A stretch of 64,000 nucleotides of DNA from a virus: IMG/VR virus record IMGVR_UViG_3300025466_001905, positions 14,158-78,157 of that record; one strand, given 5' to 3'. The notes under the pieces were generated by a model that searched no databases, had not been told where the DNA came from, and saw only the letters and a program-made list of their open reading frames with translations. Below, piece after piece: positions 35,864 through 44,784 of this stretch. Each line of letters begins with the position of its first letter. Within the stretch, counting starts at the first letter, position 1. The position numbers and the translations under genes were made by a program.

Positions 35864-37032
35864 AGTGTGTTTAATAAATTTTCAAGTTGATCCAAATGTC
35901 TGTTGTTGACAAATTGACTGTTACCAATGTAAAATCCATTTTGATTAATTAAATCAACATTGTAGTTATGTTTGATCACAGTAAATTGATAATTTTTTAA
36001 AAATGGTTGGCGTAATAAATTTCCACCCACAATTGGTCTGTGTTCAATGCCATATGCAGTAAACTTTTGTTTTAGTTGCTGCATGATGTCAGGAGTCCTG
36101 CACACAAACGGCAAGCTGTAATTGCTGTTGAGAGGATCCAAATATATTTGATAAAATTTGTCAGGATGTGAATTCACAATGTTCACAAATCTAGTGAAGT
36201 TTCTACGACGTTGTTGTATGATTGAATCCAGTCTTGGCAACTGTGCCAGCCCCAGTATGGCATTGAGTTCTGAGCTTCTAAGATTGTATCCGTCGGTAAC
36301 AAACAAAAATCTTGGATCAAGATCGGGATATTGACTGGCGTAAATTTCTGGATTCAATGCTTCTCTGGACATGCCATGACTGCGTTTCATTTTCATGATG
36401 TTGTATAATTCCAGATCACTGGTCACAATCATGCCGCCTTCGATGGTGGTCATGTGATGCCCAAAATAAAAACTAAAAGTAGCACCCAGGCTGTCACTGC
36501 CTCTTTTACGACCATTGGGAGTCATGCATCCATGACTTTCGCACACATCATCAAGAATGATAGCATCTGGAAACATGGTGCGATACAGTTCATTGTTTGC
36601 AGAAAATCCCAATAGATGAGTAACAAAAATCAACTTGATATTTGGATGTTGTTGTTTGATCTGTTGCATATGCTCAATATCAAAGCTGAAATTTTCTAAA
36701 TTCACATCACAAAATATAGGAGTGAATCCCAGCTGAATTATTGGACTTATGTTAGTCGACCATGTGCAGGCCGGTACTAGAACCTTGTCGTTGGCCTGCA
36801 ACTGATATTTTTCTTTGACCGCAGACAGCAATAACAAATTGGCTGACGAGCCAGAATTGGTCATTAGACCATACTTGCTGCCAAGCCATGTAGCCCATTG
36901 TTGTTCAAATTTTTTAACATAAACACCATTGGTATACTTGTTATTGGTCAATAAAAAATAACACAGTCTTAACTTGTCTAACCATGTAATAGAGTCTTTT
37001 ATCAATGGCCAATGTAAAGGTTTTATTTTCAT
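35860..37032 (-). CDS. ColD-like PLP-dependent GDP-4-keto-6-deoxymannose 3-dehydratase (DegT fold, His in place of Lys)
   Basis: NSGSSANLL, DVCESHG, SFYFGHHMTTIEGG, RSHG, GYNLR; directly upstream of gmd. Confidence 0.75.
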   Translation of the reverse strand: MKIKPLHWPLIKDSITWLDKLRLCYFLLTNNKYTNGVYVKKFEQQWATWLGSKYGLMTNSGSSANLLLLSAVKEKYQLQANDKVLVPACTWSTNISPIIQLGFTPIFCDVNLENFSFDIEHMQQIKQQHPNIKLIFVTHLLGFSANNELYRTMFPDAIILDDVCESHGCMTPNGRKRGSDSLGATFSFYFGHHMTTIEGGMIVTSDLELYNIMKMKRSHGMSREALNPEIYASQYPDLDPRFLFVTDGYNLRSSELNAILGLAQLPRLDSIIQQRRRNFTRFVNIVNSHPDKFYQIYLDPLNSNYSLPFVCRTPDIMQQLKQKFTAYGIEHRPIVGGNLLRQPFLKNYQFTVIKHNYNVDLINQNGFYIGNSQFVNNRHLDQLENLLNTL

Positions 37033-38414
37033 TGTTGACTCCAGTATTTGCATTCGTTCCACCATGCCTCCATTTCTGGAAAAGTTTTCAAAAAATCTGT
37101 GCCTCTACGTCGATCATGCTCAGAGAAGAAACGATAAAAATCGGCTTTGTTTTTGTTAACATAATCAGTGCTTATTTTTTGACCGTCTCTCATCCAGGCA
37201 ATGTCTCTGTCTAGTCTTTGAAGTTCGAAATCTTTGAATCCATGAAAGGGATCATCCAGTGTTTCACTTTGACCGGTCATGCAACCCCAGAGATTTTCCA
37301 GTTGGTCTGCATAGCTTTCCGGCAACAATTGAAGACTCTGCCAGCTGGGTTGTCTAAGAACAGGAGTATCAAACCATACTCGTTGATAGGTTTTACTGTA
37401 AATTTTCCGCAGTCCTAGTATGCCAGCCATGAGTTTGGGGAATCCAGTTACCGAAAGATTATTCATGGTAATTATAAACGTAATTGAATTTCTGCCTGGT
37501 ATTTCTGTCAAGAACTGATTTACTCGGTCCCAGAGCAAATTAAAATTCAATCCATGTCTGATGTACTCAGCCTGCTCCATCCAAGAATCTAAACTGACAA
37601 ATTGCATGAAGTGTTCAATCTTTTCGCCTTCGCATAATTTTTTCACATAGTCTTTGTACTTGGTCCATAAATTCTCATCCACTGAAAAATTACTGGTAAC
37701 ATTTAAATGCAGATCAGATTTGGGATGCTCCAGTACATAATCAAACACGCGGTAGGTGTTTTTATCCATCAATGGTTCGCCGCCGGTCATACGAAAATGT
37801 CGCAGTTCTGGATACAGGGTAGGCCACCAACGCCAAAATGCTTCTACATAAGGGTTGTGTTGATTTACAGGTATAGGACGATTGCGCCCTGTAAAATGCT
37901 CAGGATCATTGTGCACAGTACTAGTAGGGTATCCACCATGTCTATCGACTTCAGACTGCCAGGTCGAACTAAATTGTGGACTACAATAGCTACATGCCAA
38001 ATTACAAGCATGATTAAAATTGACTTCAACATAACTGGGAACAATATCTTGGTCTCCTGTTGAGTATTTAATCTTGTCAAAATCAACTGCGGCCCAGGGT
38101 TCTCCAGATCTGTAGTGTCGATCGCTTAGTTTTCCATTGTCTTCCATGTGCCAACAGTAGCTGCATTCGGTGGGCCGCTCACCATTGAGCATGAGTTGGC
38201 GTTGTACTTTTTTGTACTGGGTATTGTGTAGTGCCGACGGATTGATTTTGATTGTGTCTGGATCTATCATATGCAACGGCGGATGATAACAACTGTTGTT
38301 CAATCCAGTGGTCAAATGCAGACTGACCTGTTTCCACTTGGCCAGACACAAGGATGGTCCCAGCTGATTTTTCATTTGTTCAGCTGCATTCAAAAATTTA
38401 CTTTTGTCCGACAA
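37029..38414 (-). CDS. N-terminal twitch-domain radical SAM protein (CxAKW/SCxHP type)
   Basis: CLAKW..SCYHP..CSYCW..SDR then CNLACSYC, GGEP. Confidence 0.9.
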   Translation of the reverse strand: MSDKSKFLNAAEQMKNQLGPSLCLAKWKQVSLHLTTGLNNSCYHPPLHMIDPDTIKINPSALHNTQYKKVQRQLMLNGERPTECSYCWHMEDNGKLSDRHYRSGEPWAAVDFDKIKYSTGDQDIVPSYVEVNFNHACNLACSYCSPQFSSTWQSEVDRHGGYPTSTVHNDPEHFTGRNRPIPVNQHNPYVEAFWRWWPTLYPELRHFRMTGGEPLMDKNTYRVFDYVLEHPKSDLHLNVTSNFSVDENLWTKYKDYVKKLCEGEKIEHFMQFVSLDSWMEQAEYIRHGLNFNLLWDRVNQFLTEIPGRNSITFIITMNNLSVTGFPKLMAGILGLRKIYSKTYQRVWFDTPVLRQPSWQSLQLLPESYADQLENLWGCMTGQSETLDDPFHGFKDFELQRLDRDIAWMRDGQKISTDYVNKNKADFYRFFSEHDRRRGTDFLKTFPEMEAWWNECKYWSQQ

Positions 38415-39384
38415 GTTTTAACTCCCATGGTTGCAGTTGCAACAAGTGATTTTTATTGTGTTCTAAGATTGGTAACATGTCTACGTACATTTTTTGCAAC
38501 TGTGTTTGGTCTAGTAAAAAGAGCTTGTCTAGCACACCTCGGATAGCAACAATTCTGTCTGCAGTTGACATATCGTCGTAGCTTTCGTCCCAGTAATCAG
38601 AAAATGTTTTAAAACCACAACGTTGTAGATTTGATATGAATCCTTGCGGACCAAAAATTACCATTGGTGTCAATTGCATGATTGGTCTAAATGTTTTTTC
38701 TGTGGGGAAAAATGTCAATCCGTTGTAGTAAGTTTCGCATACCAGTTCTAAAAATATTTTGGGATAAGCACCAGACAGTTCTGACACCAATGAAACTATT
38801 TCGCCAAGATTTATTTTTTTATCATACTGCATGTCTACTGAGGAAATTTTTCTTGGACAAGAGTGTAAAAAACTTACTGCACTGTTAATTTCTTCTGGAT
38901 AATCAAACATAATTTCGTTTAATTGCAACGAACTCTTTTGTTGAAATGAGCTATTATCATAGTGACAGGTCAACAGGGTTTGATCATGATAAAATTTATC
39001 CAACCATGCCAACATTAGCAATCTATTCCAGGTAGTTTTGCCTACAAAACAACCCACTGTGGCCAAACTGAGATTTTTTGCCTGGTGACTTGTCTGTATT
39101 TTTTTGCTGAAATTGATCCAAATATTGGGAACAATCTTGATATTGTATATATCGTGGTATTCTTCAATATTAGCAGTTTGTATTTCAAACCTGTCTTTGT
39201 CAATGTCATAAGTGTCACATATTTTATCTAACACATCATATAAATTACAAGATCGCAAACATGGGCCTTCGTTGTTCAGACTAATTATGACCTTATCATC
39301 AGTTTGTGTAGCAGCATGAATTATTTCAATAATTTTTGTTTCAAAATTCCAAATATGACTATCTTTGTTTTCTAATGTTATCAT
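38398..39384 (-). CDS. GT10-like ('TEK' motif) putative glycosyltransferase
   Basis: VCET...FPTEKTFRPI...GFKTF...WDESYD. Confidence 0.6.
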   Translation of the reverse strand: MITLENKDSHIWNFETKIIEIIHAATQTDDKVIISLNNEGPCLRSCNLYDVLDKICDTYDIDKDRFEIQTANIEEYHDIYNIKIVPNIWINFSKKIQTSHQAKNLSLATVGCFVGKTTWNRLLMLAWLDKFYHDQTLLTCHYDNSSFQQKSSLQLNEIMFDYPEEINSAVSFLHSCPRKISSVDMQYDKKINLGEIVSLVSELSGAYPKIFLELVCETYYNGLTFFPTEKTFRPIMQLTPMVIFGPQGFISNLQRCGFKTFSDYWDESYDDMSTADRIVAIRGVLDKLFLLDQTQLQKMYVDMLPILEHNKNHLLQLQPWELKLVGQK

Positions 39385-39388
39385 GTTT

Positions 39389-40477
39389 TTACTTAATTAA
39401 TTGATTCAAATAACTCCTAGACACTTTTCCTGTGAAGTTCAATGGGATTTTGTCTACTTTGACCAGTTTGTGAGCCTTACAGTGCGAGCCCAGTGACAGT
39501 AGAAATTTTTGTATCTGTTCTGGCGCACAGTCTCCCACATACATACAATTCACAGAGTCCTGCCCAAATACAGCACAATCGCTGATCTCCGGAAACTTTT
39601 TAAGCAACTGTGCTTCAATGGTAGCAGGATTAAGCATTACGCCTTTGGATCTTATTTGATCGTCGCTTCTTCCCAGTAATTTGTAGTAGTGTTTTTCATC
39701 TTGTTCGGCTAAATCACCAGTGTCAAACCAGTCTGAAAATGCACATGCTGGTCCTTTCAGATGCAAATGATTGGCCAAGTCTATTTTGACATCTACACCA
39801 AATGGCAGTCCAATGGTATTGAATCTTTGTTCACCGTAACGCGGATTTGTAAAGCAATGACCCATTGCTTCGGTCATACCAAACGATTCAAGAATGGGTG
39901 CGTTGAATTGGTCTTTGAGTTGATTGTATTCATTTTCATCTTTGAATTTTCCGCCAGCTGATATAATAAAGTCTAAACTGTTAAAATTAAATTTGACCAA
40001 GGTTCTTAAAAATGCTGGGCCAGTGGCCATGTACGTGGGACGGCATTGCGGACTCAGGTGCCAGTTTTTCACAGTGAAATGATGTAGTTCACAGCTGGCT
40101 TTTTTGGCTGCCCAGTAAAATGTTTGCCCGTAAGCATGCCATAGTGGCATCACCGATGCAAAAACATCATTGGCAGTTATATTGTATGCTGACACCACAT
40201 TGGATGTCAGGATATCCAACTGGTCTTGACTGAAACTGTAAAATTTACTGTCTCCAGTGGTGCCCGAAGTGTACATGAATAGTTTTTCGTTGGGGTAGTC
40301 ACGGCCGTTGCGATAGCGTTCTTCGGTGTCAGTGATCAGCAAACTCCAATCTGAATTTTCCAGTATGTAATTATTTCTGTCAGCATTGGCCGATGGATTT
40401 AGTATTACCAAGCTGTATTCTGATAGCTGGTCTATATAATCTTGCGGATTTTGTACGCAAATTGCGGCTCTTTTCAT
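39389..40477 (-). CDS. Compact AMP-forming (ANL superfamily) ligase
   Basis: YTSGTTGDSK, PLWHAYG, FGMTE, DTGD, GRSDD, P...TGK. Confidence 0.85.
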   Translation of the reverse strand: MKRAAICVQNPQDYIDQLSEYSLVILNPSANADRNNYILENSDWSLLITDTEERYRNGRDYPNEKLFMYTSGTTGDSKFYSFSQDQLDILTSNVVSAYNITANDVFASVMPLWHAYGQTFYWAAKKASCELHHFTVKNWHLSPQCRPTYMATGPAFLRTLVKFNFNSLDFIISAGGKFKDENEYNQLKDQFNAPILESFGMTEAMGHCFTNPRYGEQRFNTIGLPFGVDVKIDLANHLHLKGPACAFSDWFDTGDLAEQDEKHYYKLLGRSDDQIRSKGVMLNPATIEAQLLKKFPEISDCAVFGQDSVNCMYVGDCAPEQIQKFLLSLGSHCKAHKLVKVDKIPLNFTGKVSRSYLNQLIK

Positions 40478-40478
40478 T

Positions 40479-41120
40479 TTAATCTATTTTCCTGTCTAAA
40501 CTTGTAGAATTATCCAATTGTCTATTGCCATGGTAGGTTCCGGCCAGTTGTATATTTTTGGTCACTGTTGATCCTATAAGGTAGTTACAATAGTCAACAG
40601 TTTCAATATTGTGGGTAGATTTTCCTAAAAAATTGGATCTTGCAGCCACATATGAACCTTGCCCCAAAGTGGCAAACAAACAGTATACATAGGGACCAAT
40701 ATGGCAAAAATCTTTAATTTGCACCTTGTGGCTCAATGCCGAATATGCAGTAATTACCACAAAATTTCCAATTACTACATCATCTAAAACAATGTTGAAT
40801 TCATTGATAAAACATCCTCGACCAATGGTCACATTGAACCCAATTTGGTTTGATGATCCAATCACGCTAAAGTAATCTGGGCCAAACTGATCTAAAAAAT
40901 CAACTATTTTCTTTTTTAAACCTATGCTGGCTGTGCCTGTGAAAAATTGCCGGTTATCAAACCAATCTTGATTGTTATTTTCTATATCTTCCAGTCGGTG
41001 TAGTTCGCATGGTCGGTACTGTTGAAAATAATTAAACAAAGTCACATTTATATAACTGGATCCCACAAAACATAAAATTTTGTCAGTGTCATACAATATA
41101 TTAAATTTTAAATTAGTCAT
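40479..41120 (-). CDS. Hexapeptide-repeat sugar O/N-acyltransferase (NeuD/PglD-like)
   Basis: IGxG left-handed beta-helix repeats, SH motif, HIGP. Confidence 0.7.
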   Translation of the reverse strand: MTNLKFNILYDTDKILCFVGSSYINVTLFNYFQQYRPCELHRLEDIENNNQDWFDNRQFFTGTASIGLKKKIVDFLDQFGPDYFSVIGSSNQIGFNVTIGRGCFINEFNIVLDDVVIGNFVVITAYSALSHKVQIKDFCHIGPYVYCLFATLGQGSYVAARSNFLGKSTHNIETVDYCNYLIGSTVTKNIQLAGTYHGNRQLDNSTSLDRKID

Positions 41121-41637
41121 TTATAAATCCAGAAACTTGCAAGGTGTATTTGTTTTCCATACCAGCATTGGCACTCAGATGTAATATTTCACTGTCCCAG
41201 ATCAATGCATCACCAACAGACCAGTGTGTGTGTACAACATCGTTGTACTGTATAAAATGTCCCAGTTTCCATGATTCTAAATGTATATTTGCTCGTACTT
41301 TGAGATCCGTTCTACCAGGATAACGTTTGTTGATTTGGAAAAAAGTGTCACGATGCAGTGGTACTATACAACCAGGTGGTTGTAAAATGCTACTCACGGT
41401 AATGACCTCCATGCCCAGTTGACGACCAATATTATCATAATCCAAATTGGTATTGTCCCACCACAACTGATGTATAAGTGTATTTTCATACCCGTAAGTA
41501 CTGGGCATTCCACCATACTTGTTGTGTATATCAGTTAACTCATATACCTGATGTTGGATACAACTGCCTTGGTGTTGAGTATAGTCAGCCGAAAGTATTT
41601 GCGTGAAGTCATAATCCAGATAAGATTTTTTAAGCAT
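41113..41637 (-). CDS. 2OG-Fe(II) oxygenase / cupin-like hydroxylase
   Basis: PG..VPLHRD (HxD), LHLSANAG..KYTLQVSG. Confidence 0.7.
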   Translation of the reverse strand: MLKKSYLDYDFTQILSADYTQHQGSCIQHQVYELTDIHNKYGGMPSTYGYENTLIHQLWWDNTNLDYDNIGRQLGMEVITVSSILQPPGCIVPLHRDTFFQINKRYPGRTDLKVRANIHLESWKLGHFIQYNDVVHTHWSVGDALIWDSEILHLSANAGMENKYTLQVSGFIND

Positions 41638-41639
41638 TT

Positions 41640-42569
41640 TTACCATCCTTCTTGAGAGCGTATGACATCAATTTCTCTAGTCATAATTCCACGATTGTGC
41701 CAGTTTGATCTGTAATGATGTTTAAAAAATGCACTTTCTTTTTCCAACAACATGTTTATAGGCAAGTCTAATTGTGTAACCAAATCTTCAGACACACGAC
41801 CAGCCAATAGTTCCGGATCGCTATTTTCAACTGTGCTCCACAGTGCTGCTAACTCGTCAAAATTTTGCACTGTTCTATAGTCCCATTGCGGAGTTATCAT
41901 GGTCATGTATGTGCCCATACGGGCCCCGGCTATGGCCCAGATTCCGTGTTCAACGTCTCGTCCCACATTGTGCCATACAGTGAGATGATCAAGATTTCTG
42001 CTGTGTACTCGATCACGAAATTCTGAGATGGCAGGTCGGTTACCGCGGTCAAGACACATCTTGACCCCTTCTCTGAATCCAGCTCGCCAGGCATGAAAAG
42101 CCGATCCATTGGGATAGGTAATGCTGTAGCAATCGTGCATGGCCCAGTACATGGGATCAAAACAAAATTCTACTTCAGTCTCTGTGCGTCCATCAGTGGC
42201 TTCGTGAGTCTGCATGTTCCATGCAAATTCTCTTGTCCAAGAACTTAGGCCGCCGTTTCCGTACATGAGACCATTGATATGATTGCGAGCACGCCATCTA
42301 AACACCGCAGACTCCCATTGGCTGTCCGGAAACTCCAAGGTCAAATTAAAAAACTTTTCATCTGGCATATTGTCGCCGTCGATTAAAATAAATCTTTCAG
42401 TTTCGCTAACATCAGCAGCAGCTTTGTGTGCAGCATCACTTCCTTTGACACCATCCACACGTTTGGCCCATGGAATCAAATTGCGAATTTTTATCCAAAA
42501 TTCTTCACGTTGAGGTTCATCGTAGGAAAGATAAATGCAGTCTAAATCTGCTATGTCAATTTGTTTCAT
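41640..42569 (-). CDS. GT-A-like putative glycosyltransferase
   Basis: LSYDEP, VDGVKG...AHKAAA, IDGD (DxD), NGL.YGNGG, AWRAGFREG. Confidence 0.65.
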   Translation of the reverse strand: MKQIDIADLDCIYLSYDEPQREEFWIKIRNLIPWAKRVDGVKGSDAAHKAAADVSETERFILIDGDNMPDEKFFNLTLEFPDSQWESAVFRWRARNHINGLMYGNGGLSSWTREFAWNMQTHEATDGRTETEVEFCFDPMYWAMHDCYSITYPNGSAFHAWRAGFREGVKMCLDRGNRPAISEFRDRVHSRNLDHLTVWHNVGRDVEHGIWAIAGARMGTYMTMITPQWDYRTVQNFDELAALWSTVENSDPELLAGRVSEDLVTQLDLPINMLLEKESAFFKHHYRSNWHNRGIMTREIDVIRSQEGW

Positions 42570-42906
42570 CTAAGGCTTTCAATTTCCAATATTTTTTGTT
42601 TTCATGATTCACAATCACTGTAATATCTCTAGGATCACAGGCCTGACCTGCAGTGCTAGGAATCAGTTTTGTTGTTGTGATTGTATGTTGAAAAAATTTT
42701 AGTTGTCCATTAACCACCTTAACCTGAGGATTTGCGGCAGTAAAGGTGGCATGATCAATCTCTATGTAATTACCTGAAATTGCTTCCATGCTGTAAAATA
42801 AAAAATTACCGAGATCGTCGTAATACAATCTATAAAATGGTGCAACTGCTGGCTCTACTGGTTTGTCCCAGACAGCCCAAAAATTATCTGTGGTCTCTTT
42901 ACTCAT
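42556..42906 (-). CDS. Hypothetical protein
   Basis: YRLYYD motif; overlaps both neighbours. Confidence 0.7.
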   Translation of the reverse strand: MSKETTDNFWAVWDKPVEPAVAPFYRLYYDDLGNFLFYSMEAISGNYIEIDHATFTAANPQVKVVNGQLKFFQHTITTTKLIPSTAGQACDPRDITVIVNHENKKYWKLKALDETN

Positions 42907-43642
42907 ACAATTTCCAATCTTTGACATGATAGTGTACCAGTCCCCATTGTGCAACAGTGTTGATTCTCATGCCAGGTTCGGTGTTTTCCCATATCAGTTC
43001 TTTGGTCCAGTTGTCGGTGGCAATGGGGTTAATGTGACGTTTCATGTGAACAATAGTAGGACCAAGTCCTGCAGGCAAAGTCACACGCTCTGTGCCCATT
43101 ATTACTGCGGCCATGGCATAGACAACATCTGTAGTTGCCAATTCATCTGGTCGCTTCAGTAATTTTCTATAGTGCGTCCAATTTAAAAAAATATTTTGAA
43201 CCAACCGAAAAAATTCTCTAGCAGTCTCACTCACACGCCAGTAGGTAATAGCATTGTAAACATCTGGCAAGTGATTGTGATCAAATAGTTTTCTATAATG
43301 TCTAGAAGTTGCGGGTTGATTGTAAAAATTTCTAGCACCTTGGCTGATCACAACATCTCGATGTTCAAACAAGGTCCACCAATGGTCCATTGGGCTGGTT
43401 GCTACCATGTCAGCTTCTAATTTGATTGTTTGTCTATATGGACTAGCGCGAAACACTTGCCCATCGTTGGCGTAGCCGCCTAGATCACCGTATGGCAACT
43501 GATCTTTGGTGAGTATGGTGATATGAGCATCAGGGTGCCAAATTTTTATACTGGTAGCTAACTGTTGAGCGCAGGATTCATAATCCACAGTATCGTTATT
43601 GATGGCAGGAATTAGATATCCGCGTTCATGAGTGATTGGCAA
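42899..43642 (-). CDS. GT8-like glycosyltransferase
   Basis: SPYRQTIKLEAD, TDVVYA, VHMK; paralog of 43626. Confidence 0.65.
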   Translation of the reverse strand: MPITHERGYLIPAINNDTVDYESCAQQLATSIKIWHPDAHITILTKDQLPYGDLGGYANDGQVFRASPYRQTIKLEADMVATSPMDHWWTLFEHRDVVISQGARNFYNQPATSRHYRKLFDHNHLPDVYNAITYWRVSETAREFFRLVQNIFLNWTHYRKLLKRPDELATTDVVYAMAAVIMGTERVTLPAGLGPTIVHMKRHINPIATDNWTKELIWENTEPGMRINTVAQWGLVHYHVKDWKLYE

Positions 43643-44426
43643 TTATCTCTCCAAGATGATGTTTGCCCATGGCATGGAAATCTTGGGCAAGGGTAATCCA
43701 GCGTGATTTTTGATCTGCAGTGACAAAATTTACCCTATACTTGTCAGGTTCCAATTGTACCAGTTGATGATCTGGCATTACTGTGGCCAATTGCCAAGGA
43801 ATAGAAGGCATGCTCAAAGTATGCCCGTCTACTATGTTCATAGCAATGCTCAATGCAAAATCATTTCTATAGGTAGATTTCAATATGCCGTAGATATTTC
43901 TATAATGTTGCCAATGGTCACGAATCATTTGCATGGCATCAAATATGAATTTCACAGTGCTGGATCTGCGGAATATGATCACAGTGGCCCAGCTCATGGG
44001 CATGAGATGCCGACCAAAGAAATTATTGTCATCAAACGGTTGCTGACCGGTGACATCATATGCCCAGCGGTGACATAAAAAATCTTGATCAACTGATAAT
44101 AGTAGTAACAATTGATCGCTGGCTACCACATAGTCTGCATCCAGCAACAAAGTTTTATCCCAGGGACTTAGGTCATAGGCATTTGATCTATTGCCGTTGT
44201 GCCAGGTCACAGTAGTATCAAGATCAGCAAATTTACGAGTATTGAATCCCACTGTTTCCGCAAATATAACTTTTTCAAATTTATACTCAGGCGGAATTGG
44301 TTGATCAGTGACCACACACACAGGCAAGTTTAAGTGTCTGCGAATATTTTGCGCCGACCAATTGGCCATGGCCAAATAATCTATTTGTTCGTTGTTGTAG
44401 GCAAAAATCAATACACCAGTGGTCAT
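43626..44426 (-). CDS. GT8-like glycosyltransferase
   Basis: GVLIFA, VTD, SPWDKTLLLDADY (DxD), RNDFALSIA, HAMGK. Confidence 0.7.
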   Translation of the reverse strand: MTTGVLIFAYNNEQIDYLAMANWSAQNIRRHLNLPVCVVTDQPIPPEYKFEKVIFAETVGFNTRKFADLDTTVTWHNGNRSNAYDLSPWDKTLLLDADYVVASDQLLLLLSVDQDFLCHRWAYDVTGQQPFDDNNFFGRHLMPMSWATVIIFRRSSTVKFIFDAMQMIRDHWQHYRNIYGILKSTYRNDFALSIAMNIVDGHTLSMPSIPWQLATVMPDHQLVQLEPDKYRVNFVTADQKSRWITLAQDFHAMGKHHLGEIIANHS

Positions 44427-44731
44427 CGGTTTTTACTTACCTCATCGTATTCTACTAACCAAGCATTCATTTGTTCTTGCCAGCGTTGTTGTGCAAGCTC
44501 AATCAATTCTTGTGGTATTATTTTAATAGGATTTTCGTATAAATCCAACAACACCATTGGTGTCACTGGATCACAGATGTGTAATTGAATCAACAACGGT
44601 GGGCCTGCTTGCCATAGCCCTCCTGCATGTGCAAAAATCATTTTGGCTTGATACTTTTCTTTGAGTACTCGTTTGACCGCAGCATGATCAAATCGACTGC
44701 GGCTGTATGCAACTAATTCATCTGTATTCAT
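44423..44731 (-). CDS. Hypothetical protein (first gene of the - strand enzyme operon)
   Basis: ORF track; GGLW, LLDLYENP motifs. Confidence 0.75.
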   Translation of the reverse strand: MNTDELVAYSRSRFDHAAVKRVLKEKYQAKMIFAHAGGLWQAGPPLLIQLHICDPVTPMVLLDLYENPIKIIPQELIELAQQRWQEQMNAWLVEYDEVSKNR

Positions 44732-44737
44732 ACGTTA

Positions 44738-44766
44738 ATTATATACAAAAGCTTGCCAAAGGTAAA
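44738..44766 (-). promoter_or_regulatory. sigma70-like promoter, likely leaderless
   Basis: Minus strand TTTACC, 17 bp, TATAAT, 6 nt, ATG(44731); no SD. Confidence 0.55.
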
Positions 44767-44784
44767 GGGCCAAAAGGCCCTTTA
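44763..44784 (-). terminator. Hairpin / probable terminator after tail genes
   Basis: TAAAGGGCC-TTTT-GGCCCTTTA perfect palindrome 22 bp after the stop; U-tract is weak. Confidence 0.65.

Noticed and set aside
21363-38414. RiPP cluster (SPASM maturases + precursor peptide)
   Set aside because: No RRE/PqqD domain, peptidase-transporter or convincing precursor; neighbours are sugar enzymes. Not strictly excluded
12337-44731. Bacterial O-antigen/capsule locus (host DNA)
   Set aside because: No recognisable wzx/wzy/wzm/wzt/wecA or nucleotidyltransferase; contiguous with phage structural and early genes on both sides
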